64,000 nt of DNA, taken from the IMG/VR virus record IMGVR_UViG_3300022689_000178, positions 12,825 to 76,824 of that record. One strand, written 5' to 3'. The DNA is from a virus. Both the position numbers and the translations under genes were made by a program. Below, in pieces: positions 1 to 9,852 of the stretch (position 1 is its first letter; each line of letters begins with the position of its first letter). The notes below the pieces were generated by a model. It made no database searches. It saw only the letters and a program-made list of their open reading frames with translations, and was not told the origin of the DNA.

Positions 1-1
1 G

Positions 2-790
2 GTAGAAAAATTGAAGTGTGCGGCAAAATTAATGAATAGTTCTGTTTTTGTTAATACATTTAAAATACAGTTAGAAAAAGACTGTTTTGTGAAAAAAGAA
101 AAGGATTATTGGACAGATGATTTATATTTATTTTTGCTTGATTTGAAATATGATAAGGATATTAATTTTAATTTGTTTTGCGATCATGATAAAGCATTGA
201 ATTATTTTAAGAAAATAGAAGCGAAAGATTTATTTTTCCCATATTTTAGAATTGAAGTAAAAGAAGGATTAATTCGGGGTGTTTGGTGTATAAGGGCAAT
301 AAAAAAGAAAATAAAAGGTGCTGATAAAATAGATAAACGAACATTAGAACAATTAGAAGATGAATTGTCCCAAAAAGCAATTGATATAAATATGGTTTAT
401 AATTATAAACAAATTAGATTAAAAAAATTAGCCAATTCATTTGTTTGTTATGATTATAATAAACAATTAAATAGTGGCATATATGAAAACATGTTAATAC
501 CGGAAGATCATGAAGTGGGTATGTGTTTTAAATATTTAGGGTATGTTCATACAGTTAAAGAATTAAAGACAAAAAAAGGAAATCCGTATCAAAGAATTGA
601 TGTAGAAGGGAAAACGGATAATCATAAGTTTATGATATGGGATAACATGGGTTTAAAGTTTAAGCCAAATACTGCATATATATTTTTTATGAAAATTATA
701 TCAAAAAAAAACAAAAGAACTGGTATTGCTGGTAAAGAATTGAAAATTGTCGATGCAAAAAGAATATTAAAAAACACAGAGGTATATTGA
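2..790 (+). CDS. C-terminal part of a DNA polymerase III alpha (DnaE)-like protein; 5' end outside the window
   Basis: Frame is open to the window edge. C-terminal OB-fold pattern GYVHTVKELKTKKGNPYQRIDVEG..FMIWD resembles the DnaE OB domain. Next to a DnaQ-like exonuclease. Confidence 0.6.
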   Translation, partial: VEKLKCAAKLMNSSVFVNTFKIQLEKDCFVKKEKDYWTDDLYLFLLDLKYDKDINFNLFCDHDKALNYFKKIEAKDLFFPYFRIEVKEGLIRGVWCIRAIKKKIKGADKIDKRTLEQLEDELSQKAIDINMVYNYKQIRLKKLANSFVCYDYNKQLNSGIYENMLIPEDHEVGMCFKYLGYVHTVKELKTKKGNPYQRIDVEGKTDNHKFMIWDNMGLKFKPNTAYIFFMKIISKKNKRTGIAGKELKIVDAKRILKNTEVY

Positions 791-793
791 TAA

Positions 794-830
794 TTGTCAT
801 AAAATATTATATTTAATTAATTTAATTTTG
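794..830 (+). promoter_or_regulatory. Putative middle promoter: TTGTCATAAA-N19-TAATTTTG
   Basis: Bacteroidota -7 element TAnnTTTG. The same box at the same spacing recurs at 26105-26141, 37054-37090 and 38744-38780 on the minus strand. Confidence 0.65.
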
Positions 831-850
831 TAGTATAAAAAAAAGGAAAT

Positions 851-1429
851 ATGGATTTAAAAAGATGTTATATAGATGTTGAAACAACCGGTGTAAAGCA
901 TTGGAAAAATTGTGTCATACAATTAGCTGGCATTATTGAGATAAATAATAAAATTAAAGAAATATTTGAGTTTAAGCTTGCCCCTCATCCTAAAGCTAAA
1001 ATTGAACCTTCCGCATTAGAAGTGAGTGGTTATACATTAGAACAAATAAAAAAATTTCCTGATAGATTTATTTCATTCAATCAATTTACCGACATATTAA
1101 ATAAATATGTTGATAAGTATAATAAAAAAGATAAATTCTTTTTTGTTGGATATAATTCATCTTTTGATGTTAATTTCATACGGGGTTTATTTAAGCAATG
1201 TAATAATGATTATTATGGTGCATATTTTTGGTCAGGGAGTATTGATATAATGGCATTGAGTTTATATGGATTAGCGAATGAAAGATATAAAATGTCAAAT
1301 TTTAAATTAATGACAGTTGCAAGGCAATTAGGGATTCAAATAGATGAATCAAAATTACATGATGCCTTATATGACATTCAAATTACACGAGATATATTTT
1401 TAATATTTGAACGATCTATAATTAAATAA
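851..1429 (+). CDS. DEDDh 3'-5' exonuclease (DnaQ/Pol III epsilon-like)
   Basis: ExoI YIDVETTG, ExoII GYNSSFD, ExoIII LHDALYD. Confidence 0.9.
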   Translation: MDLKRCYIDVETTGVKHWKNCVIQLAGIIEINNKIKEIFEFKLAPHPKAKIEPSALEVSGYTLEQIKKFPDRFISFNQFTDILNKYVDKYNKKDKFFFVGYNSSFDVNFIRGLFKQCNNDYYGAYFWSGSIDIMALSLYGLANERYKMSNFKLMTVARQLGIQIDESKLHDALYDIQITRDIFLIFERSIIK

Positions 1430-1455
1430 AATTTATAAATTAAAATTTTAATACC

Positions 1456-2283
1456 ATGAATAAAGAATCACGTAGAGAAAGAAGGCGTAAAAATTTATCA
1501 GGCCAAACTATTCCAACACTTGATATAATATCACGGTTTTCTGTAAAGGAAAATGGAGGAAAACCCAAATTCCGTTATTGGAATAGAGATAATGGCGATA
1601 AGGGGGAAGAGGTTTTTTTTAATAATCAAATTGAAGGAATATTAATAGGTGAGGCGATGCAATTTAGCGCTTATGATAATGAAAATGAAGTAATGTATAA
1701 TAGTTCAATGTATTTACGGAAAAACAATAAAATTGCTTTATTTAAAAAAGGTAATAAGGTTGCAAGTGGTACATTGGAAAATTTGGAGAAATATCTTGTT
1801 AGTGAAGGGGTTTCACAAATAAAGAAAAGATGGATATATATAATTTTAACAAAAACCGGATTAATATCAGTTGAAACAAATGTATCTATTGCCATTGATC
1901 AAATAAAGCAAATTAAGAAAAATAATAAAGATGCTTTTATTGATAATTTCATTGTTTTAAAACCGGATGTATATGATCCTGATGATAAATATTTCTCACA
2001 GGGATTACATAAAAGAATGAAAATTACAAAGGCTAAGAAAAACTATCCATTTTTTGCACGTATTGAAGTTGGCGATGAAATTTCGGAAAATGATTTTGAT
2101 GAGTATAATGAAGAGTTTTATGCGGAACAATTTACCGAATGGACGGATTTTATCATGGCCGATGGATATGAAAAGGTAGATAATGATGGTGAAACTTATA
2201 ATGAAAATAGTAAGTCGAAAGATTCTTTTGTAGAAAATGGAGATGATATGGAATCAGACGAGACGGATGATTTGCCATTTTAA
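1456..2283 (+). CDS. Putative single-stranded DNA-binding protein
   Basis: Acidic C-terminal tail ending DDLPF, in replication cluster. Confidence 0.6.
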   Translation: MNKESRRERRRKNLSGQTIPTLDIISRFSVKENGGKPKFRYWNRDNGDKGEEVFFNNQIEGILIGEAMQFSAYDNENEVMYNSSMYLRKNNKIALFKKGNKVASGTLENLEKYLVSEGVSQIKKRWIYIILTKTGLISVETNVSIAIDQIKQIKKNNKDAFIDNFIVLKPDVYDPDDKYFSQGLHKRMKITKAKKNYPFFARIEVGDEISENDFDEYNEEFYAEQFTEWTDFIMADGYEKVDNDGETYNENSKSKDSFVENGDDMESDETDDLPF

Positions 2284-2295
2284 TTTTATGCAAAT

Positions 2296-2574
2296 ATGGT
2301 AGAGGCAGTTGCAAGATTCATAAAATTATACTTTCAAGAGTTTAATGGTGGAAAAAATAGCAGAGTATTAATTCGGTTATATATAAAAGATTTGAAATCA
2401 TTTATATTAACTAATAAATGCGATAATGAATGGATGGATGTGGATATGTATGTTTCTTTTAATTTGCGGTATCATATAAAATTGTTCAAGAAAAATGATC
2501 CGGTTAAAGTGCGATTTATGTTTAGTCATAAATATAAAGATTTTCAATTGTTGAATATTTCTATTTATAATTAA
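2296..2574 (+). CDS. Hypothetical protein (possible small OB-fold)
   Basis: Tightly packed ORF in operon. Confidence 0.5.
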   Translation: MVEAVARFIKLYFQEFNGGKNSRVLIRLYIKDLKSFILTNKCDNEWMDVDMYVSFNLRYHIKLFKKNDPVKVRFMFSHKYKDFQLLNISIYN

Positions 2575-2575
2575 A

Positions 2576-2995
2576 ATGATTAAAGAATATTTTGCAGTTA
2601 GAAATGAATCGGAAAAACGGAATTTATACAGATCATTGAAAAATACAGAATTTCCTTTTTGTGTTGTCATTCGGAATATAGAGAATGTACGATCAGTAAA
2701 AGAAAATTCTTATTTGTGGGGAGTTGTTTATGCTTATATTTCAGATTATACCGGACATACTATAGAATTTATTCATAAATTTTATAAAAAATTGTTTTTA
2801 CAAAAACTTGAAGTATTGTCCGGTAAATTAGTTTTAACGAATGCAAGCACTAAAGATATAAGTACATATATGTTTAATTATTATATTGAACGTGTAAAAG
2901 CACATGCGTTATTGGAGTTGGATATATATATACCTGATCCAAATGAATTATTAAATGATAGTGAAACATTGAGCTTACAGTTAAAATATGAATAG
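2576..2995 (+). CDS. NinB/Orf-like recombination accessory protein
   Basis: RS..ENSYLWGVVY..I...TG....IH...K and STKD.S...F..YIE.V..A.....IPDP pattern. Confidence 0.7.
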   Translation: MIKEYFAVRNESEKRNLYRSLKNTEFPFCVVIRNIENVRSVKENSYLWGVVYAYISDYTGHTIEFIHKFYKKLFLQKLEVLSGKLVLTNASTKDISTYMFNYYIERVKAHALLELDIYIPDPNELLNDSETLSLQLKYE

Positions 2996-3004
2996 AAACT
3001 AAAA

Positions 3005-3616
3005 TTGATTAAAATGCAAAAAAAAGATTTTTATTTTAAGGGAGTTAAATTATTGCAAGAAAAAGGCAAATCGGTAGTATACTATGATGAACGGATTGTA
3101 ATAAAAAATGAAAGTGGCGAGAATGAAGAGAAGTATATTTACACTACTTGTATGCCACCGTATTTCCCACACGATGATTTAAAAATGGAATTTAAACGAT
3201 TAATTCCGTTGTATGCTAAAATGTGTAAAAGGCACGAATCTGAAGTAAGAGTTACATATTTAGGCATAGAGAAAAAGAAGGAAAATATGATTTATGTTTT
3301 ACGTGGTGTGGTAAGAGAACCGGCTGGATACTATAATTCTTATAATCCGCATAAATTAAATGAAAAACTTAGAGAATATTATGATGAGAATAATATTTTA
3401 CATAAGATTGCAGAAAAAATCATTAAGGAAACATTTGATTGGGTAACAGGCAAGAAAAATAGTAATTCAAATATTCAACGATTGTGGGAAGAAGAGGATT
3501 TAAAAATAGCTCATGAAGGTATTCCAATTGAAGGTATATCGGATATTTTAATGGAAGAAGATGTAAGTTTTGAAACTGAAACTCAAATTGAATCTGAACC
3601 TGAATCCGAATCCTAA
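3005..3616 (+). CDS. Hypothetical protein with acidic C-terminus
   Basis: ORF track; followed by terminator. Confidence 0.6.
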   Translation: MIKMQKKDFYFKGVKLLQEKGKSVVYYDERIVIKNESGENEEKYIYTTCMPPYFPHDDLKMEFKRLIPLYAKMCKRHESEVRVTYLGIEKKKENMIYVLRGVVREPAGYYNSYNPHKLNEKLREYYDENNILHKIAEKIIKETFDWVTGKKNSNSNIQRLWEEEDLKIAHEGIPIEGISDILMEEDVSFETETQIESEPESES

Positions 3617-3626
3617 ATTGAAAAAT

Positions 3627-3660
3627 AAAAAAACCGTCTTTATTTATAAAGACGGTTTTT
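3627..3660 (+). terminator. Rho-independent terminator
   Basis: Hairpin AAAAACCGTCTTTA-TTTA-TAAAGACGGTTTTT. Confidence 0.8.
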
Positions 3661-3734
3661 AATGCTCTTTGAATTTGAACGATTAATACAATACAAAAAT
3701 AATAAATAATTTTCAATAAAACAAAGTTTTAATT

Positions 3735-4001
3735 ATGGAATTAATTCATGTATCAATTATCGTTTTAATTTTAGTTGTTATTAATATGATTGTATATAAA
3801 TTATTGAAAACAACAAATAAAAAATGGAAAGATAAAAATTCGTGCGAAGTAAGTAAAATAAAAAGAGAATTTGGACATAACCATACAGCATATATGCCGG
3901 GTTATCATAGGATAGAAAGTATTTGTGTATATTTTAATTTTTTTGGATTTATATTATTTATCATTTTATTGATTTTACAGATTGTTAATTACATTATTTA
4001 G
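3735..4001 (+). CDS. Small membrane protein
   Basis: Two hydrophobic segments. Confidence 0.6.
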   Translation: MELIHVSIIVLILVVINMIVYKLLKTTNKKWKDKNSCEVSKIKREFGHNHTAYMPGYHRIESICVYFNFFGFILFIILLILQIVNYII

Positions 4002-4009
4002 TTATAATT

Positions 4010-4159
4010 ATGGACAAAGAAAAGATACAAAAACAGATTGACAAGAACAGGGCACTGATTGAGAAAGCTCTTGAAATGAACGATACCGAAATGATGTACT
4101 ACATAGTGCGAAGATTAGCCAAAGACAATGAAAGATTAATAGAAAAGCTAAAGAAATAA
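4010..4159 (+). CDS. Small hypothetical protein, 49 aa (MDKEKIQKQIDKNRALIEKA...); not in ORF track
   Basis: Translated by hand; AATTATG start context; precedes the first attC-like site. Confidence 0.55.
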   Translation: MDKEKIQKQIDKNRALIEKALEMNDTEMMYYIVRRLAKDNERLIEKLKK

Positions 4160-4170
4160 TTTTTTATTAT

Positions 4171-4223
4171 TGGTAGCAGTTAGTATAACACACCGTTTTA
4201 ATGTGTGTTATACATTGTTAGCT
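4171..4223 (+). repeat. attC-like site A1 (left core degenerate, TGGTAGC)
   Basis: Stem GTATAACACAC/GTGTGTTATAC, right core GTTAGCT. Confidence 0.7.
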
Positions 4224-4266
4224 GACTGGTGCGGATAATTTAGTACAAATCTTAATAAATGAACGA

Positions 4267-5250
4267 ATGATAGTAAAAGAAAAAATAGGGAGGGGGTTTT
4301 TATATTTTATGGACGTATTGGAGGGTTTAAAATTACTACTTGACAATAGCCAAGATTTAATAATAGTTGACCCACCTTATTACAAGACTGTAAATGAGAA
4401 ATGGGATAAACAATGGAAGACCGAAAAAGAATATTTAGACTGGTGTAGATTATGGTTTGCTGAATGCGTAAGAGTACTGAAAGACACAGGTAGTTTTTAT
4501 TGCTATGGAAACTTTGACATACTGAGCAAACAAAAAGTATTGATATTTGATGATGCGCTGAACTTTAGGCAAAACATTACATTAAACAAAGGATTGAAAA
4601 GTATTGCTGGAAGAACAAGCGACAAACTTAGAATGTTCCCGACTGCAAGTGAATACTTGGTGTTTTACACTAAACAAGAAATGTGGTTTGAAACACCCTT
4701 TTCAATTATTATGAAAAGACAAATGAAAGAAAAGGGATTAACTCAGATTGATATTTCTAAACTTATACTTTCACGAAATGGTAATTTAACTGGATGGGTG
4801 CATAATAAGATTAAGGGCATACAATTGCCAACAGCAGAGCAATGGAACAAAATATGCAATTTGTTTGAAATTAAAAATGAATATGATTTATTGTGTGAAA
4901 GCTACGAAGAACAAAGGTTTACTTTTAACCTACCAACAGGACAAACCGATGTTTGGGATTTTACGCCCGACAAAGTTAGATTTGGAAATAAGACACAGAA
5001 ACCACAAGACATAAGTAGAAGAATTATAAAAGCAAGTAGTAACGAAGAACAAAGTGTATTGATACCATTTGCAGGGAGTGGAAGTGAATGTGAAGCTTGC
5101 GAAGTATTGGGTAGAAATTGGACTGCGTTTGAGAATGACCAATTTAGCATTGACATTATACACGAACGATTTAAAAACCTTAAAGCTTTTGAAAAAAGCA
5201 AAGAGCGTGGGCTTTTTTCTTTTACGGATGAACAGAACAAAGCTGATTAA
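4267..5250 (+). CDS. DNA amino-methyltransferase (m6A/m4C, beta class) with inserted HTH; cassette-borne
   Basis: Motif IV DPPY near N-terminus, TQKP, and motif I PFAGSGS near C-terminus. Confidence 0.9.
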   Translation: MIVKEKIGRGFLYFMDVLEGLKLLLDNSQDLIIVDPPYYKTVNEKWDKQWKTEKEYLDWCRLWFAECVRVLKDTGSFYCYGNFDILSKQKVLIFDDALNFRQNITLNKGLKSIAGRTSDKLRMFPTASEYLVFYTKQEMWFETPFSIIMKRQMKEKGLTQIDISKLILSRNGNLTGWVHNKIKGIQLPTAEQWNKICNLFEIKNEYDLLCESYEEQRFTFNLPTGQTDVWDFTPDKVRFGNKTQKPQDISRRIIKASSNEEQSVLIPFAGSGSECEACEVLGRNWTAFENDQFSIDIIHERFKNLKAFEKSKERGLFSFTDEQNKAD

Positions 5251-5271
5251 ATGCACCAACGTAGCACTTGC

Positions 5272-5357
5272 AGCTAATGAAAATACACTTGCATAGTTTG
5301 ATTTTTTGTGTAGTGCAACGGAACAAAAAACAAATTATGTCAAGTGTAATGTTATGA
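5272..5357 (+). repeat. attC-like site A2 (left core AGCTAAT, mutated)
   Basis: Stem TACACTTGCATAGTTTG/CAAATTATGTCAAGTGTA with one extrahelical base; right core GTTATGA. Confidence 0.8.
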
Positions 5358-5398
5358 GTATTTTTATTTATTTTTCCGTTGTGCCATATAATATCAAA

Positions 5399-5623
5399 AT
5401 GAAAAATACAATAACGATAAATAATATAGAATTTGAAATAGGAACTATAAGTATAAATGAATTTGGCGGGCAAACAGTGTCCTCATTAATTGTTGGTGTT
5501 TATGCTGAAAACAAGGATCAGAATATATTTGTAAAACATAATGTATTCAACAGTACAATAAAAAACTTAGAATTATTGAAAGATATTTTAACCGTTTTAA
5601 CTACAAAAAAATATGATTTTTAA
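5399..5623 (+). CDS. Cassette hypothetical protein (likely start MKNTITIN, not 5306)
   Basis: ORF-track start lies inside attC A2; ATG at 5399 follows the AT-rich leader. Confidence 0.55.
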   Translation: MKNTITINNIEFEIGTISINEFGGQTVSSLIVGVYAENKDQNIFVKHNVFNSTIKNLELLKDILTVLTTKKYDF

Positions 5624-5684
5624 AACAGGTTTTTCAAATAAATTAATGTCGAAAAAGAAAATATAAACTTTTAAATAAATAAAA

Positions 5685-6029
5685 ATGGAAAGTATAAAAA
5701 TAGAAATTGATAGAAAAAACATTCTTGATATTGTAAATAATAAAGTGTCGGAAAATATTTTATCTTATATGGACAAAAATATGGAAGATATTAATAAAAG
5801 TATTGAGAAATATTTTAAGTTATCTTTTTTTCAGGATAAAAAAACACAGTTTGAAAATGCACTCGATTGGACAATTGAAGATGCTTTTAGAGAAGGAATA
5901 AAGACAGCTATGGAGGATTTAAAATTCAAAGAACTTATTGCCGAAAAAGCAAAAGAAATTTTAACAAATGATGATTTTATTAAAGAATTAGCTGTTGCAA
6001 AAGTCAAAAGTTCGCTTGGTTTACATTAA
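5685..6029 (+). CDS. Cassette hypothetical protein
   Basis: Stop abuts left core CCATAAC. Confidence 0.65.
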   Translation: MESIKIEIDRKNILDIVNNKVSENILSYMDKNMEDINKSIEKYFKLSFFQDKKTQFENALDWTIEDAFREGIKTAMEDLKFKELIAEKAKEILTNDDFIKELAVAKVKSSLGLH

Positions 6030-6158
6030 CCATAACGGCTACTTGTAAGAATAGTAGCAGAATTGAAACACGAATATTGAAATAATTACAAACTTAAATA
6101 CAATGGTAGCAGCTAAAAAGACCCTATAACCTGCTATTATTTTTACAAATTGTTATAG
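6030..6158 (+). repeat. attC-like site A3
   Basis: CCATAAC ... stem TTGTAAGAATAGTAGCAG/CTGCTATTATTTTTACAA ... GTTATAG. Confidence 0.8.
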
Positions 6159-6177
6159 GGCGTTTATTTTAAAAATT

Positions 6178-6375
6178 ATGATTGCAAAAAAAAAAGGAAT
6201 AGAAATATTTCACAAACATTGGGATGAAGGATTATCTGATAGACAAGCAAAGGAATGTGCCTTAATAAGTGTTGGTGAAATTATTAAAGAATATGACGAA
6301 GAAATATTGGAATCTAACGATGTATATCGACAGCAATATTGGATAGAAGTAAGGGATTATTTAAATGCCCTATAA
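6178..6375 (+). CDS. Cassette hypothetical protein (AKECALI.V.EI...YW.EV small phage family)
   Basis: Stop TAA lies inside left core; flanked by GTTATAGGGCGTTTA/TAAATGCCCTATAAC. Confidence 0.7.
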   Translation: MIAKKKGIEIFHKHWDEGLSDRQAKECALISVGEIIKEYDEEILESNDVYRQQYWIEVRDYLNAL

Positions 6376-6470
6376 CGACAGGGGTTGGAGGCGGTTTTTT
6401 GCTTTGCAATTTTGCGAAGTGAAACGAGCAAATGTAAAGTTTAAAACTGACTTCCAAACCTCTGTTAGCA
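6370..6470 (+). repeat. attC-like site A4
   Basis: CTATAAC ... GGGGTTGGAGGCGGTTTT/AAAACTGACTTCCAAACCTC ... GTTAGCA. Confidence 0.8.
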
Positions 6471-6519
6471 ACACTTTTTTTTATCTTATCGAAATACAAA
6501 CATTTTAAATATAAATATT

Positions 6520-6846
6520 ATGAATACAGAATTGTACGATAAAGCATGGGAATTACTTGAAAGAAAAGGCTTAAAACTTGGCGAAAGAATAATGGTAAGA
6601 AGTTGTTTTGCAGGTGCTTACAAAAATGATTATCCTTTCATTGCCGCTAAACATAAAAAAGGCGAAGTTGAATATTATCATTCTCAAATAAAAGAAATAA
6701 ACAATTTAATGTTTAAATCTAAAAATGAAGTAATAATGGCAAATGCTATTTATGAAAACACAAAAGAGAATTTCAATCAAAATGATTTTATTCAGCATTT
6801 AAAATTTACTTTTAGAATTTTGGGTGTTAGTAGCGACTGGTGTTAG
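6520..6846 (+). CDS. Cassette hypothetical protein
   Basis: Flanked by GTTAGCAAC/GTTGCTAAC. Confidence 0.7.
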   Translation: MNTELYDKAWELLERKGLKLGERIMVRSCFAGAYKNDYPFIAAKHKKGEVEYYHSQIKEINNLMFKSKNEVIMANAIYENTKENFNQNDFIQHLKFTFRILGVSSDWC

Positions 6847-6850
6847 TTGT

Positions 6851-6918
6851 TGCTAACGTAATTTGCTTTATTTCTGTTTTTGATGTATGAAAAAATTAAA
6901 TTAAAGCAAATGATATGA
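6851..6918 (+). repeat. attC-like site A5 (right core mutated, GATATGA)
   Basis: TGCTAAC ... ATTTGCTTTA/TAAAGCAAAT ... GATATGAGTATTTT; compare GTTATGAGTATTTT at 5351 and 62586. Confidence 0.65.
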
Positions 6919-6969
6919 GTATTTTTATTTATTTCATTTGCAAGTTTTAAAAATAAATAAATTTCGTAA

Positions 6970-7515
6970 ATGGATATACCGGAAAAAATAAAGGCATCCG
7001 ATTTTCAAGAAATGATTAGTAAGGGAATCATTAATGTAGATGGCAAAAGAATAACACAAACTAAATTATTGCCCGAATATGAAAAGTATATTGAAAAAGA
7101 AAATCAATGTAAACAATCAGAAACAAATAAATACTTATTGATTGAATTTGAGGTATATCTTGAAAAAAAATATGAATGGAAAAAAAAGAAAGGACAAACA
7201 GTTGAAGTATTATTTAACGTCTTAGGTAATACAAAAAGAAAATTTAGAGCAGATTATTACATTCCAGAAATAAAAACAATTATTGAAATAAATGGTGGAG
7301 AATTTGGTTACCCGGTTGTATGTAATAATTGCGGAAATCATGTTAAAAATAAAAAAGGGAAACAAGTATTTTCTCAAGGTGGACGGCATACCAGAGGTGG
7401 CGGAGGCTATGAGAATGATTTATATAAAATGAATTTGTCTCAAAAAATGAATTTAAAGTATTATCAATTTACATATAAGCAATTAAAACAACGAATTTAT
7501 AAAAAATTTATATAA
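6970..7515 (+). CDS. PD-(D/E)XK endonuclease (DUF559/Vsr-like) with CxxC insertion
   Basis: RKFRADYY....IIEINGG ... GGRHTRG.GYENDLYKMN. Confidence 0.75.
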   Translation: MDIPEKIKASDFQEMISKGIINVDGKRITQTKLLPEYEKYIEKENQCKQSETNKYLLIEFEVYLEKKYEWKKKKGQTVEVLFNVLGNTKRKFRADYYIPEIKTIIEINGGEFGYPVVCNNCGNHVKNKKGKQVFSQGGRHTRGGGGYENDLYKMNLSQKMNLKYYQFTYKQLKQRIYKKFI

Positions 7516-7555
7516 TGATTAGTGATGAATATTTAGACAAATTTTTTAACAAGAA

Positions 7556-8314
7556 ATGGCAAGAACAATCATAACTGATCCATTTTATACGCCTAAAGGT
7601 AAGGCACGGGAATATACAGGAAAAGATAATATAGGGCTAAATGTATATAAATATTGTCCAAATGGATGTATTTATTGCTATTGTCCTTTTATGTTGTGTA
7701 AAAAACCTATTGAATTTTATAATGAGCCGGATTATACCGATAATATAATCGCACGTGTAAAATTATATGCTTATAGATATGCCAGAAAAGAAGTATTTTT
7801 AAGTTTTATTGGCGATATTGGAATTATCGATAAAAATAATTATTTTGTGCAAATATTAGAAATATTTAAAAATCATAATATAAGACCAAGAATTTTAACG
7901 AAATCAAATATTCATAATTTATTACCATTGTTGAAAGAATGTAATGCTATATTAGGTTGTACAATTGTTACTATAAAAGAATCAATAAGGGAAAAAAATG
8001 AGCCATTTGCATCCACAATTTCAGAAAGATTACAATTATTGAATGAAGCGAAATGTAATGGCATAAAAACATGGATTAGCATTGAACCAATTATAGATGT
8101 TTATGAAATTTTAACAATTGTAAGATATACACAGAAATATATTGATTATTATTTTATCGGAAAAATGAATTATAATGATATTGGAAGTAATGAAACTAAA
8201 TTAAAGGAAGTTTTGCCAATGGTATATGAATTTTTATCTATGGCAAAGATATCTTTTACTTTTGGAGAAGATACGAAATTATTAATAAATAAGTGTGGAT
8301 ATACCAAAGTTTAA
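7556..8314 (+). CDS. Radical SAM protein (spore photoproduct lyase/Rv2578c-like)
   Basis: CPNGCIYC cluster motif, ILTKS, EPFAST..ERL, WISIEPII. Confidence 0.85.
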   Translation: MARTIITDPFYTPKGKAREYTGKDNIGLNVYKYCPNGCIYCYCPFMLCKKPIEFYNEPDYTDNIIARVKLYAYRYARKEVFLSFIGDIGIIDKNNYFVQILEIFKNHNIRPRILTKSNIHNLLPLLKECNAILGCTIVTIKESIREKNEPFASTISERLQLLNEAKCNGIKTWISIEPIIDVYEILTIVRYTQKYIDYYFIGKMNYNDIGSNETKLKEVLPMVYEFLSMAKISFTFGEDTKLLINKCGYTKV

Positions 8315-8933
8315 ATATAATGAAAAATTAATATGTGAATTGATTTTTTATAATCGTAGGAAATTTGGTTATATTACCAAATATACAGCATTAGTAATAT
8401 GGCAAATGTGCCAGAAAATTATTCAAAGGGGTGTATATTTGTATAAAAAAAATGAATACAAGCATAAAACGAAATCAATATTTACCGAAGATGATATAAA
8501 AATTGATTTATATGAGTCAGTATTTTGTAATGTATTAATAAAATTTGATAAGAATAAAGGAACTTTTAGATATTTGTTAAATAAGTCTATAAATTACAGA
8601 ATACTTCGCTTAAAAGAATTAAATAGGGTAAAAAATAATATATCCGTAAAATTAAATGGACAGGATGAAACAAAAGGTAATGAAAGTATATTAAACGAAG
8701 ATTATAGAGTTTTATCCGGAACTGATTTTAATAGGGATTTAATAATATTTGGTTTAAAGAATTATGGTTTTACGGATAATGAGATTAATGTGATAAATGA
8801 TATTATAGATGGGTATAAAACAAGTAAAGAAGACAATATAAATGATGATATTTGTATACGAAATAATATTAGTTATTTTGAATACCAACAAATTAAAAAA
8901 AAATTTAAAAAAATTATACATAACTTAATTTAA
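8295..8933 (+). CDS. Phage sigma70-family sigma factor (candidate late sigma)
   Basis: Region 2-like KFDKNKGTFRYLLNKSI; region 4-like FTDNEINVI..IIDGYK...IC..NNIS...YQQIKKK. Confidence 0.65.
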   Translation: MDIPKFKYNEKLICELIFYNRRKFGYITKYTALVIWQMCQKIIQRGVYLYKKNEYKHKTKSIFTEDDIKIDLYESVFCNVLIKFDKNKGTFRYLLNKSINYRILRLKELNRVKNNISVKLNGQDETKGNESILNEDYRVLSGTDFNRDLIIFGLKNYGFTDNEINVINDIIDGYKTSKEDNINDDICIRNNISYFEYQQIKKKFKKIIHNLI

Positions 8934-8939
8934 AGAAAA

Positions 8940-9596
8940 ATGGATAAAGAATCAATACGTAAAGAATTAGAGAAAAAAATATATTTTCATAAACAGTTTA
9001 ATATGGTTTCCATGAAAGCATATTCTTTAAATGGAAATTTGTCAAAAGAATATGAATATTTATGCGAAATCTATGCCGATACTGACAAGTATTATATTGG
9101 TAATTGGTATAAAGAACCAGAAATATCTGTTTTGTTTCCTAAAAAAGTTACTTATCCGGTAACTGAAATGTTTAAATATAAAGTAAAAAAAGCAATTAAA
9201 AAAAATGATATTAATTATATAAATTTGGTGGGAATAGAATATAAACCCATGCCGGAAATAGAGGTAATTTATAAAAAATTAATTGGTCTAAAAGCAGCCG
9301 ATCAAAAAGATGTACTTAGTTTATCATTTGAAAAATCAAATGAATATTTTAAGTATGTATATCGACAAAAGAATAACATTGATTTATTATGGGTATTGAA
9401 TAACTGGGAGCAAAAAATATCGTGGCGATTATTGGACGTAAATTCATTATTATTTGGACAATATTTAAAGGATTGTATAGATAGAGAAAAAATAGATATA
9501 AGAACTAATACAATAAAACAGATGCATGTTGAACGAAATAAAATAATATTATTATTAAAAGAAAATATCCATGATAAGCAAACAGCAAATAATTAA
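8940..9596 (+). CDS. Hypothetical protein
   Basis: ORF in operon. Confidence 0.6.
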   Translation: MDKESIRKELEKKIYFHKQFNMVSMKAYSLNGNLSKEYEYLCEIYADTDKYYIGNWYKEPEISVLFPKKVTYPVTEMFKYKVKKAIKKNDINYINLVGIEYKPMPEIEVIYKKLIGLKAADQKDVLSLSFEKSNEYFKYVYRQKNNIDLLWVLNNWEQKISWRLLDVNSLLFGQYLKDCIDREKIDIRTNTIKQMHVERNKIILLLKENIHDKQTANN

Positions 9597-9852
9597 GATT
9601 ATTCCAAAATGTTTTTCATTGATTATAGTATCAATGTTATCAGCAAATAAAGATAAAGAATATTGGATTGGAACATTAATAGCTAAAACAGATTATACTG
9701 ATTTTTATCAAGTAGATGGTATTGATATTTCGGATATTGTATATAGTTCATTGAGTCATGTAGAACAGGAGGCCAGAATATTAAAATTATTGACAGAAGA
9801 GGAGTATTTAAGTGTTAAAATTTATGGTTATGTGCAATTGCAAGAGTATTAA
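9571..9852 (+). CDS. Hypothetical protein
   Basis: Overlapping operon ORF. Confidence 0.5.
   Translation: MISKQQIIKIIPKCFSLIIVSMLSANKDKEYWIGTLIAKTDYTDFYQVDGIDISDIVYSSLSHVEQEARILKLLTEEEYLSVKIYGYVQLQEY

Larger units (their letters stand above)
4171..6918 (+). mobile_element. Integron-like cassette array A: 5 attC-like sites, 4 cassettes, no integrase in window
   Basis: Hairpin sites at 4171-4223, 5272-5357, 6030-6158, 6370-6470 and 6851-6918. Core boxes are complementary across genes, e.g. GTTATAGGGC/GCCCTATAAC and GTTAGCAAC/GTTGCTAAC. Confidence 0.8.
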
